A stretch of 63,677 nucleotides of DNA, filler included, from Kipferlia bialata (taxonomy: Eukaryota): the NCBI GenBank assembly GCA_003568945.1. It is 4 parts of 4 records of this genome, joined end to end, with 100 filler letters (N's around TTAATTAATTAA, not from the genome) between each part and the next. Parts side by side here need not be neighbours in the genome. Positions count along the whole stretch, not along the records: positions 19,208 to 38,219 come from BDIP01000446.1; positions 38,320 to 57,299 come from BDIP01000447.1; 2 more parts are not named here. One strand, 5' to 3'. Below are positions 30,696-42,304 of this stretch, one piece after another. Positions within the stretch are counted from its first letter, which is position 1. Every line of letters starts with the position of its first letter. The notes below the pieces were generated by a model, which saw only the letters and a list, made by a program, of their open reading frames with translations, ran no database searches and was not told the DNA's origin. A program made the translations under genes and the position numbers.

Positions 30696-32055
30696 CCGGA
30701 GGTAGGTCAGGGCCAAGGGTGAGTATATACATAGAGAGAGAGAGAGACAGTAGCAAAGACACATAGTAACACGCAGTACCTCCCCGAATGTCTGTCTGTA
30801 CCCATTGGCGGCAGAGAGGAGGCAGAGTGTCTTTCCTGTACCAGTAGGGGACTCCAACATGGCCAGTTCCTGAGAGGTAAGGAGAGAGAGAGGGGGGGGG
30901 AGGAATGGAGGGAGAGAGAGAGAGAGAACTGGAAGGAGAGAGAGAGATGGACTCCAGCATGGCTAGTTCCTATAGGGTGAAGGGGTGAGAGAGACAGAGA
31001 AAGAGGGGTGAGAGAGAACTCCAACATAGATTCATTGATGGGAAGGGGGGGTAGTCTATACACATACTCACGTTTCTCTTGAATGCACTGATGAGCTCGC
31101 CCATGTTGAGAGCAATAGAGAGAGTAATAATACATGACATATATACATACGTTTCTCTTGAATGCACTGATGAGCTTGCCCATGTAGTCCAGCTGGATGG
31201 GGTAGGGGGCAAAGGGGAAGGAGACAGGGGTGTGCTCGACAGTCAGCTAGAGGTAAGGGAGGGTGTGTGTGTGAGACAGAGAGATAGTGGAACGAGACAG
31301 GGGTGTGCTCGACAGTCAGCTGGGATGAGACAGGAAGGGAGAGAGAGGTAGGACGACAGAGGGAAATTGGAGTAAAGAGAAGGACAGAGATGTACCCAGC
31401 AGACAAGGGTAAATAGGGAGAGATAGTAGCAGGAGACACAGAGTATGCTCAACATGCCAGGGTGAGGGAGAGAGAGAATGGGAAAATGAGAGAGGGAGGA
31501 GAGTACAGAAGGGGGGAGCTACAGAGGGGGAGAGAGAGATACTGCACTGGACGGGCAGGGTGTGGGGGGAGAGTGGGTGTGTGAGGCGGGAGAGCAATGA
31601 TACGCGATAGAGTACATTGTATCCAGAGTGCATATACACACCTCATGTGCTGGCTGTGCCTCTCTGTCACCCCTGGCACCCTCTGCACTAGGGTCTGACC
31701 CATCCAGAGCAGGCAGGGGCTCCACATCCAGCAGGTCCACACTGGTACCTTGGGGTCTGGGCAGTGCCTTGGCCTGACTCTTAGAGTGGATGCCCCCATA
31801 GGTGGCAGGCCCATCCAGTCCCCCCAGTGCCGCAATGGCAGCTGCCACGTTGCCCCCACCCCCACTCCCCGCACTCCGTGGTCTCTTGCCCCCTGTCGCT
31901 TTCGCCACAGCCGGTCTGCTCACTGACCCTATCCCAGTGCCAAAGCGCTGGAGGGGCCGGTCATTGCTGGCAGACCCCCCTGCGGCCACTACTCTCCGCT
32001 GGCCAGGCTTCTTGGCGCCCTTCCGGGTCAGGCCACTGGTGTTGAAGCCAGCCAT
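20973..32055 (-). CDS. RTEL1: XPD-family Fe-S DNA helicase, RTEL1-like
   Basis: Start MAGFNTSG at 32055. Q motif FPFAPYPIQLDYM, motif I LESPTGTGKTLCLL, Ia TSRTHKQL, Fe-S cysteines (LASRKHVC, VACRQ, NRCPY, VCPYY), II VLVDEGHNI, III ITSGTLAP, IV GVLVFFPSF, V VCRASSSEGVDF, VI RAVNQALGRVIRHKDDYG. The C-terminal helical segment ELFEEIR..VLPKQRWKLFK..LADRFAHFKLRHQK resembles the RTEL1 harmonin-homology domain. Stop TAG at 20973-20975. FANCJ or DDX11 identity is not formally excluded. Confidence 0.85.
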
Positions 32056-32604
32056 CCACCCTAGGTCTCTCTCTCTCTCTCTCTCTCTACCCCCAGTATA
32101 GACACAGTCTGTTCGCTATGGAAGGGCAGGTATGGGTAAAGACGAGCTGTGCTCTCTGGTATGTCTCAGGTGCAGGTGTCTAGTAGGCGGGGTTGTAACC
32201 TGAGCACTGACAGAAGGAGAGGGCGCGACACCAATATAGATTTGGGGTGGGCAAACGCGTGTTTGGCGCTTGTCCCTTTTGGTCTCTGTTTCCAGTAGGT
32301 ATGTGCACACCAAATAGCTTACAGTCACTCACTAGCACTCCGGAGAAGCAGTATTAGTAGAGTCCTACCGACATAGGATGAAGGACTAGCAATACTACAA
32401 CATATCACAAGACTGAACCACAGACGCGGATATATAACAATTTATGGCACAATAACAAATGACAGCGCCTCAGTGACAGAGCGTGTGAGGCACTGATGAA
32501 CGGGTGTGTGGTAAGGCATACATAGCACGCAGCCCACCCCTCTACCTATCTAGACAGACACTGTCTGGGACAGAGAGACAGGGTTACCCTCAGAAGCAGG
32601 GGTT

Positions 32605-33320
32605 TCACCTCTTCTTCTGCTGCTGGGCCTGCTGCTGCTGCTTGGCAATGCCGATCTGGGGGTAAGAACTCACACACACACAGGCGAAGAGAGGGTTAAA
32701 GATTCAGGGGGTGCGCACCTGCATATCGCGGAGGCTGGCCTCAGCTGTGGCGATGTCCTTCTCGCACCTCTCCTTCTCCCTCCTGGGGGTAAGATAACGT
32801 ATATCCTCAAACACCGGGACAACACACTAGACCGCGTGGTGAGAGTGAGAGGGTGTGTGCACCTGATGTATGTGAGCCTCTGTGCGACGGTGTCCTTGGC
32901 AGAGTCCAGAGAGGTGGGCACGAGGGCAGGGCCTACAGACTTGTAGATCTTGCAGTCGTCGTCCAGCAGGTTGAGCTCCTCCTCGACCATAGCGTTCTCC
33001 ATCTCCTGGGCAGTCAGCCTACGGAAGGCATCGGTCTTGCTCTCGTATGCTAGGGTGAGGGGGGAATAAAGAGAGGCGGGGGGGCTTCATTCTAACGGAC
33101 TCTAAGGCTCACTACGGTAAACTGGAACGCATTATAGGGTATACAATGGCTACAAACAGTTGATAGAGGCCCATATAACAAATAGAACGACAATGAACAA
33201 ATGCGAACTGAATACCGGTTAATATCAACTACCAGCCAGTACCGCAGCCATCCATAGTATTCTAGTGCACGTACCCTTCTGAGACTTGGTCCACTGGCTC
33301 TGGAGCTCGGCCTGGTTCAT
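32605..33320 (-). CDS. PFDN6: Prefoldin subunit 6 (beta type)
   Basis: Four exons splice to MNQAELQSQWTKSQKAYESKTDAFRRLTAQEMENAMVEEELNLLDDDCKIYKSVGPALVPTSLDSAKDTVAQRLTYIRREKERCEKDIATAEASLRDMQIGIAKQQQQAQQQKKR-stop. The EN..V.EEL..L....IYK..GP.LV....A...V..RL.YI pattern is characteristic of PFDN6/Yke2. Confidence 0.9.
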
Positions 33321-33450
33321 TTTCTATCGACTCGCAGAGAGAAGGGAGCGCTCACTAACCGAAGGGTTCAGTAAAGTTGTTTTTGTCTGTTTTAGCAGCC
33401 TGCTAATAGCAGGGTCATTGACTCCCGCACGTCTCTTTCTGTGTGTCCTT
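33321..33450. promoter_or_regulatory. Putative bidirectional promoter between PFDN6 and the USP gene
   Basis: Only 130 nt separate the divergent ATGs (33320 minus, 33451 plus). The interval is free of microsatellites. No specific motif identified. Confidence 0.55.
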
Positions 33451-36400
33451 ATGGCACCTGGAGGTACGAGAAGAGGGAATCCCGGGCGCAGAAGGGGCTC
33501 CAGACCCACTGGAAAGGCCAGGGGTGGTGGTGTTGCGGCTGCGGCCCGTGCCAACCCTCAGACATATGGTACCAAGTCTCGTCCCCCATGCCCCTTCAAG
33601 GGCCTCAGGAACCTAGGAGCCACATGTAAGTGCATAACAATACCAAGACTCGCTACTGATATGATATATGTGGTTAAATCTGGATGGGCGTTCACTGGAA
33701 GTGTAAGTGTATCTGTGTAGTATCGGTACCGGTACCGTTTCTTGAGATTCTACTATTTATCTCAGGAGAGCCTCTGTGCGTGTCATACTCTTCTATTCTC
33801 TTTCTAGTGGCACTAGAGCTATTATATATCCTTATTGTGGTAGCAACTTCTCTGTGGATAGGTCGTGTATATTGATGTGAACCGATATCCTTGGTACCGT
33901 CAGATACCTTCATAGTACCCTGTCTATATCCCACCCCCAGGCTACCTCAACAGTGCCCTCCAAACCCTGTACATGCTGCCAGAGTTCAGAGAGCTCATCT
34001 TCAGGTGGGTATGCATATGGGTACATATCGAGTTGTCTTTGTCGTTCATAGTTGTTGTCTATATCTGATATACCCCTGCCTCACCCTAAATACCGCCAAT
34101 TGCCAAGACATTGTCCGAGTAAGGCATATGTTAAATATCGTTATCTTTATCCCTGCTTCACCCCCCAGATCCGTCCGTGCATTGTCATTGTCTCTGTTGT
34201 GTATACCACTGATGTACCGTATCAACCCCTCACCCCAGATACCGACATGTGCATATATATGTGTGTCTTGTAGAACCACACTGTATCGATCTCACCCCAG
34301 ATACAGACATGTGCATGTATCAGTATCAGTATCAATCTCACCATAGGTATAGACATGTGCATGGCAAGGACAAGCCAGCAGACAGATGCATCCCTCTGCA
34401 GCTGCAGGTGGGGGTGTACATCATTAATTATGATACATAATAATGATTGACCGAAGGCACCGTCTCTCTTTCTCTCTCTCTCCTACTGCAATCCCTTCTC
34501 ATCCCTCAGCGCCTCTTTGCCGGTCTGTCCCTGACCTCTGACCCCTATCTGTCCACACTCGACCTCACTAGGTATGCATATATGTATTGCCTTATCATAT
34601 ATACACAATACCTATACTATACATATGATGTATCCAATATCTGTCCTCTCTCGACCTCACTAGGTATGATAGTGTTTCTGATATGCTCGATTGTTTTTTC
34701 TGTCCATATACTCCGCCCCCTGATACTGTATTTCTGTCTCACCTCCAGGTCCTTCGGTTGGACCAATGGAGAGCAGTTCGAACAGGCTGATGTCTCAGGT
34801 ATGAGCTATAGAAGTGTGATTGTTTGTATTAGACTTATGTTACTACGTGTGTCCATGTATCCCCACGCCAGAGCTCCTCGCCATTCTGTTCGATGCCCTG
34901 GACGGAGCATTCAAGGGTAGCCCACAGGTACACACAGTGTTAACACACACATGCACACACTCTTTCTTCACACATATCCATCTATCAGTGCTGTGTCCAG
35001 ACTGGTGTCATACTCTCTCTCTCTCTGCATATATACTATCATATAGAATGTGTTCTACCTCTCACCCCTCCAGGAGGGTGCTGTGTCCAGACTGGTGTCA
35101 TACTCTCTCTCTCTCTCTCTCTCTGTATATATATTTTCATATATAATGTATTCTTCATCTCACCCCTCCAGGAGGGTGCTGTGTCCAGACTGGTCGAGGG
35201 CACCCAGGCAGGGGTGTGCACCTGCAGAGACAGGTATGCGTACACACACTCTCTGTCTATACATCCATTATACTTATATATCTAACCCTAGACAGCACAA
35301 GAGCGTGACCCAGAACCCCTTCTCCATGCTCACACTGGAGCTGGGGGACACCCTCCATGAGTGCCTAGGTATATATATATGTACACTAGTATACAGTATG
35401 GATACTAGTATGGATACTGAGTGTATATACGAGAGACCCCCTTCTCCATGCTGACACTGGAGCTGGGGGAGACCCTGCACGAGTGCCTGGGTACGCATAT
35501 GCATGTGTATATCCATAATATCTGTGCACTCTACACTTTGTTAGGAGGGAGAACCCTGGGTATCGCCAAGTCTCTTTGTCTCTTTGTCTTTTCGTAGATA
35601 CCCTCACCCCAGGTGAGTACCTGTCCACTGATGAGCTCATCGATGACAATGCCTATGCATGCGAGGGGTGTGGGTGCAAGGTCAATGCAGATAGGTGGGT
35701 ATGGACTGATGTCATTCTATCATTAGCCTTCTATTACTAATCGAATTCTTGCCTTATACATACCCTCACCCCCAGAGGCTACCAGCTGGTGGACCTCCCC
35801 CCTGTCCTTCTATTATCATATATATGTATACATATGACAATTCAGGACTGTGTATGAATATATATGTATGATTTCTCTTATCTTACCCCCAGGGGCAACC
35901 AGCTGGTGGACCTCCCCCCCGTCCTTCTCTTGAGTCTCAAGAGATTCACCCTGGACTTCACTACATTCCAGCAGGTACTGGGGCTCTCTCTCTCTCCCGC
36001 CTATATATATATCAATTATTCTCACTATTGTGTTCACAATATTGGCATCTCCTGAGGACATCTCTCTATTGCCTCTCTGTCTTACCCTAGGTCAAGCGCA
36101 ACAGCAAGCTAGAGTTCCCCCTCACACTCAACATGAGACCGTACCTCAACAGGTGGGGATATACCATTATACCGATATAGCGTGGTACCAGGGTCTGTGG
36201 GTATTTTCCAGTGCCAGTATATGCAGTGTGTCCATATACCTGATATCAATATAGTGTATATGTATGTCTCACTCCAGGCACTTCCACCACGTCCGTGGCA
36301 CCCCAGGCTATGTACCTGTGGTGGGTGTTGACGTGCCCCGCTTCGACAAGGGAGAGGGAGAGGGAGAGGGAGAGGATAGGCGCCTCAACGGGAACGGGGA

Positions 36401-38173
36401 CCTCGTACCCCCCTACTCCAGTCACGGTGTCACCCACATAGCAAGGGGAGAGAGAGAGAGAGAGGGTGACCGGGAGGGCCACACCGGTTCTCCCTCCTCC
36501 CCCGCGTCTCTGAATGGTGGTATAGTACCTAACAGACAGGGGAAGGGGAAGGGGAAGGGTGTGCATGATGCCTCTGCCGCCCCTGGTACTCCACCCTCCC
36601 TGCCCTGTGATGAGGACTATGAGCTGTCATCCATACTGGTCCATGGGGGTAGTACCTATGGGGGGCACTACTTTGCATACTGCAGAGATGCACTCAGTGG
36701 CCAGTGGTACGAGGTGATGGGTTACAGAATGCAATGATATATATATACATATATATGTATTCTCTTTGATGGTAGTAGATGAGGTGTCTCCACGTACTGA
36801 GAGATAGTGTCACTTCCTCTCACTCCAGTTTGATGATGACGTTGTCACGCCTGTGGATGATGTGGACACAATGCTGAAGCTGTGCTATGGGGGGACAGTG
36901 CATAGGTACATATAGAGGGATATATACACATTTCATTCAAATTTGGTGTGTATATGGGCCGCGCTCAACCTTTGGTACTGGGGGACAGTGTATATGGCGG
37001 AAGACCTGCTCTCTCTCTCTCTTTCTCGCTCCACCCTAATTACCAGGTTTGGGATGCACGAGATAGGGTGCAGTGCATACATGCTCGTGTACAGAAGGAA
37101 GTGCAAGACGGGAGAGAAGGGAGAGAAGGAGGCAGAGGAGACACCCACCTCCCCTGCCTCTGTTGGTCTTGGCATACCCCCCACCACACCCACACCATAC
37201 CCCTCGGAGGGACTGCTGCCACTACCCATAGCTAGGGAGCACAGACCAGGGTATGTAGAGACTGTGTGTACATATATGATACAACCCCCTGGAGTGTCTG
37301 ACAGCTCTCACTCTCTCCCCCTCTAACTCTCTCTCTCTCTCTCTAACTCTCTCTCCCGTTCGCTCTTTGCCCCGTCCTCACTGCAGATACAACCCCCCTC
37401 TGGAGTGCCTGACAGACATCACGTGCCACATCCACTCCAACATGGCTCAGAACAGACAGGTAGGCAACCCTTGTAGTACTCCACTATGTTGTGATATGTG
37501 TAGTCTGTGTATGGAGTAATTGAGTTATACTTCTTCCGATAATTCACTCCAACATGGCTCAGAACAGACAGGTGACCTTCCCTTGCAGCAATGCGCATTA
37601 TGTATAATGAGTAATCGTAGGAGTGCTTCTACAGATACGCTGCTAGTCGCTGATGCTTATCTCCAGACCCTCCAGCCCTGTGTACTCAGAGGCCCCCCTT
37701 CCTCTCTGTCCCTACCCCTAGATGCACCCCTCAGTGAGTGTGTGCGTATGATGCAGGCAGCGGTGGGAAAGGGTTCATCTAGTACTTCAACTCCACTGTT
37801 GGTGAGGCTTAGGGGTGTGGGTGTCGTTGCAGGGAACAGGTAAAATTCAATACTATTATATACAATACATATAACAATAAGCATATAGTATATATATATT
37901 ATAATTTCTTTATTACTAAAATGTATCTGTAAAGATATTGTATTAGGAAGTGTATACATCTAACAGCAGGTACCTCCCTGGTCCTGTCCTGTCAGATGAC
38001 CCAGTCACAGACACAAGGACACTGAGGCAGACACTGGCTGGTGTAGGTGTGTGCATATGTGTATGTATATGTGAATAGTGTATACTGCATGCATACGTGT
38101 CTTGGCTGGCTATGATACCACCCTGACACCTCTCTTTCTCTCTCAGTCTCTCTCAGTCTCGGCAGGCAGCGAC

Positions 38174-38209
<36 letters not shown>

Positions 38210-38219
38210 GTGTGTGGTG
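33451..38219 (+). CDS. Ubiquitin-specific protease (peptidase C19, USP47/USP40-like), 3'-partial
   Basis: Cys box KGLRNLGATC/YLNSALQTLY is split by intron 1. Also CIPLQLQRLF, LTRSFGW..EQFEQADVSEL, AYACEGC, LPPVLLLSLKRF, His box YELSSILVHGGSTYGGHYFAY, QWYEFDD and SAYMLVYRR. Confidence 0.9.
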
Positions 38220-38319
38220 NNNNNNNNNNNNNNNNNNNNNNNNNNNNNNNNNNNNNNNNNNNNTTAATTAATTAANNNNNNNNNNNNNNNNNNNNNNNNN
38301 NNNNNNNNNNNNNNNNNNN
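38220..38319. other. Artificial scaffold spacer
   Basis: N block with TTAATTAATTAA at 38264-38275. Confidence 0.97.
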
Positions 38320-38920
38320 GATCTCATGGGTGAGAACCATGCATGCTGACCGTTATACCACGTCCGACACGTGTTATCGCGTCCGACGTGGTCAGTATTG
38401 AATAACCCATCATATACGTCCGGTACATCTAAAGGCCAATTTTGAGTATGTGTTAAGTAAGTCGGATGTGTGAATACTTACCCACTCCATAGCTACCGAC
38501 CGACACGTTGCAGCTGCTCTTGGTAGTATATACCAAACCATCCATCAACAGAAATAGGCCCTGTCACAAATGTAAACATCCAGTCGACCCTGGTCCTATC
38601 TATGGTTTCCGCTTTCTTGTATATTATTATTTAGTGTCCGACACATTTAAGAGTGATAAAGGACGGTTTGGGGGTGGTGGGAGCAGAAGACGAGCGTATC
38701 TAGGGTCTAGATTCCTATCCCACCCAAGTACATATAATTACCGTCTACAGGGACACAGTTCATACGAATGCCACATGCTCCACTTACACGGTACCATCCC
38801 ATCATTCCATTGAGGAAACAGGTAAAACAGAACAACAACAACAACAAAAATATCAAGGACAAAGTGTCACCAGAATGCATACAAATCGAAATCCTGCAGT
38901 TGGAGTGCAGTGTACGCCTG

Positions 38921-38956
<36 letters not shown>

Positions 38957-38960
<4 letters not shown>

Positions 38961-39630
38961 CCCTCCGCACTAGTGGGCGATCCCGGTGCTGGGGTCTGGC
39001 ATAAGAGTATACACAGTAATAGACACACACATAATAATTGACAATTGACATGTATATATATACCTGGTGCCCCCTCGGTACCCTATTCACCAGAATTATA
39101 GACTCACATATTATATTATAAATATGTATATATCGATATTGTACATACCTGGTACCACCCCTCATTGGGAGACTCCATACCGGCAGATATATATATATAT
39201 ATAATATAATATATATATAATATATAATATATAGTATATATACACTATACACATACCTGGTACCACCCCTCATTGGGAGACTCCATACCGGCAGAGTCGG
39301 CTCTCTTGGCCTGGTGTCAGTATAATAGTGATAGTGCAGCAAATCTGAACATGAGAGTCTAAACATAAGTATAATATCAAATTCAGTATTTACTGGTACG
39401 CACGGATACGGGTAAATGTACATATATACTCACCGGCCCATTCTGCAGGATGCCCCTGACTGTGCTGACACCCAATACAATGTGGCATATTTACATATAG
39501 GGCATAGATAGAGTATATATATATATATATATACCAATGATTATACATATACATACCGGCCCATTCTGCAGGATGCCCCTGACTGTGCTGACACCCGATG
39601 CAACTCTGGGGTCATGTGAATAAAGGATAT

Positions 39631-39683
<53 letters not shown>

Positions 39684-40149
39684 AAACCGATGCAACCCTG
39701 GGGTCATGTGAATAGAGGGGGGATATATATATATATACATAAAGTAAATACGGTATGCCACACTAGGGTCACTGTGTGCAACAAGGGGGTAGGGAGAGAT
39801 ACGATATACAATTTACAAAGTGATATGTATTGTATACATATCACTGTGAACCTCGTGTCATGTGTAAGGGGGTAGGGATACACAATAAAAATCAATATAG
39901 TAATGCATATTTCGGTTTACCTTGCGTCATGTGCTCAATAAGAAATATAGATACACATACGTACATATATATACATACAAAAACATAGTGTACCTTGTGT
40001 CATGTGCACAATAGGGGGCCAGGAGGGAGAGGGTCTGGTGGATCTGAGGGTCAGCTATATATAGACATACGCATGTATATAATGCATTTCTGTACCTGTG
40101 CCTCTGTCCCCACGGCATATGCATCTCTCTCTCTCTCACACACACTCTC

Positions 40150-40194
<45 letters not shown>

Positions 40195-40301
40195 GCATAA
40201 TACTATACACACATATGATATATACCTGTGCCTCTGTACCCACTGCATATGCACCCCTCTCTCTCTCTCTCTGTCTCTGTCTCTGTCTCTGTCTCTCTCT
40301 C

Positions 40302-40332
<31 letters not shown>

Positions 40333-40757
40333 TTATACATACAACTATACCTGTGCCTCTGTACCCACGGCATATGCATCGGCATCGGTGAAGGAGGCAC
40401 CTGGGGTCAGTATCTCTTTGGGGAATATACAGCAGTATACCCCCTCCCCCCAGCATATATTTTTATGTATATATACGCTGTATATCTAAATTTCGATACG
40501 CCCACTTGCCGGTGTTGGATTGGAAGGTGACACATACTAGCCCACCATACTCTATGTTTGACACACATATAGAGGTGACTATATATACATGCATATACAC
40601 ACCTTGTCCATTAGACATGGCCGGTGTTGCACTGGAGGGTGTGCCCTATATACATATACATATATACCTATATACTATATACTACACTAATCTATATCTA
40701 TACATGCTTGGTTCCATACCTTGTCCTGTTGCTGGTGTTGCACTGGAGGGTGTGCCC

Positions 40758-40788
<31 letters not shown>

Positions 40789-40936
40789 AGGTGAGCATAT
40801 GTATATGCTATATATACATCTATCTATCGATATAGATCTACCTTGTCCTGTTGCTGGTGTTGCACTGGAGGGTGTGCCCCCATGCACAGACAGGGGGTGG
40901 GAGGAGATACATGCTGAGTTAGAGTATAGTAAATGG

Positions 40937-40972
<36 letters not shown>

Positions 40973-41290
40973 GGTGTGCCCCCATGCACAGACAGGGGGT
41001 GGGAGGAGATGCAGGCTGGGTTAGTGTAAATATAGAGACAGACACACAGAGAGAGAGGGGAGGGGGGAGAGACTAAATTCTAAAGTATACACCTGCCACT
41101 AGGCCTAATAATGATGCAATGTCCTGTCCAAGGGTGGACAGGTCAGATACAAACTATATATACTATATATACACTATATACACTATATATATACCTGCTA
41201 CTAGGCCTAATAATGATGCAATGTCCTGTCCAAGGGTGGACAGGTCAGCCTCGGCCACAGAGACAGGCCTATCAGTCTTACCTGGTGGTA

Positions 41291-41324
<34 letters not shown>

Positions 41325-41377
41325 ATAGTCTCGGCCACAGACACAGGTCTGTCGGCCTTGCCTGGTGTAAGACATAT

Positions 41378-41409
<32 letters not shown>

Positions 41410-42134
41410 CTGTACACTATATATACTATATATAGAGAGAGGTCAGCCTCGGCCACTGAGACAGGCCTGTCAGTCTTTGCTGAGGGTAAGACATATATTA
41501 GTATGTATATATATATGCATAATGCATTTACACTATATATATAGAGAGAGGTCAGCCTCGGCCACAGACACAGGTCTCTCGGCCTTAACTGGAGTAAGAC
41601 ATACACATACATATATACGGTAAGATTATATATATGTACAATACATATGTATTATATATAGAGAGAGAGGTCAGCCTCGGCCACAGACACAGGTCTGTCA
41701 GCCTTGCCTGATAGTAAGGTATATAGTAGTATGTATATATGAAATATAATATATACACTGACAACACACATATAGATACAATACTACTCTTCATTTTTGT
41801 AGTATAGGTAACACATGTGAAATTGAAGATTATACACTTAGCACTCACCCTTTCCCTTTCCCTTTCCCTTCCTGTGGGATAAGTGGAAGTATATATTTGC
41901 ACATACACTCTTCACTAAACGAAGTATATATATAAATACAAATACTCACTTCACTTAATGGGTAATATGTATACATTCAATACTCACCCTTTCCCTTCCC
42001 CTTTCCCTTCCTGTGTGACACTGGTGTTGGTGCGGCAGTGGCTGGTCTCTCTCTCTCTCCCTCCTCTAAGCTAGGGTCCACTATGCTAGATGCACTGGTG
42101 TGGTGCAATACCTAGTCTTAGTATATACATATAG

Positions 42135-42166
<32 letters not shown>

Positions 42167-42268
42167 GCTATTCCTCTAAGCTAGGGTCCACTATGCTGGA
42201 GGCACTAGATGCACTGGTGTGGTGCAATACCTAGACTCAGTGTACAGATATATATATAAATACTGAGA

Positions 42269-42304
<36 letters not shown>

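Noticed and set aside
38320..38760. Microsatellite-free segment with recurring GTCCGAC and a 7-bp inverted repeat (CCACGTC..GACGTGG)
   Set aside because: Too short and weak to call a transposon end or structured RNA without a copy-number search.
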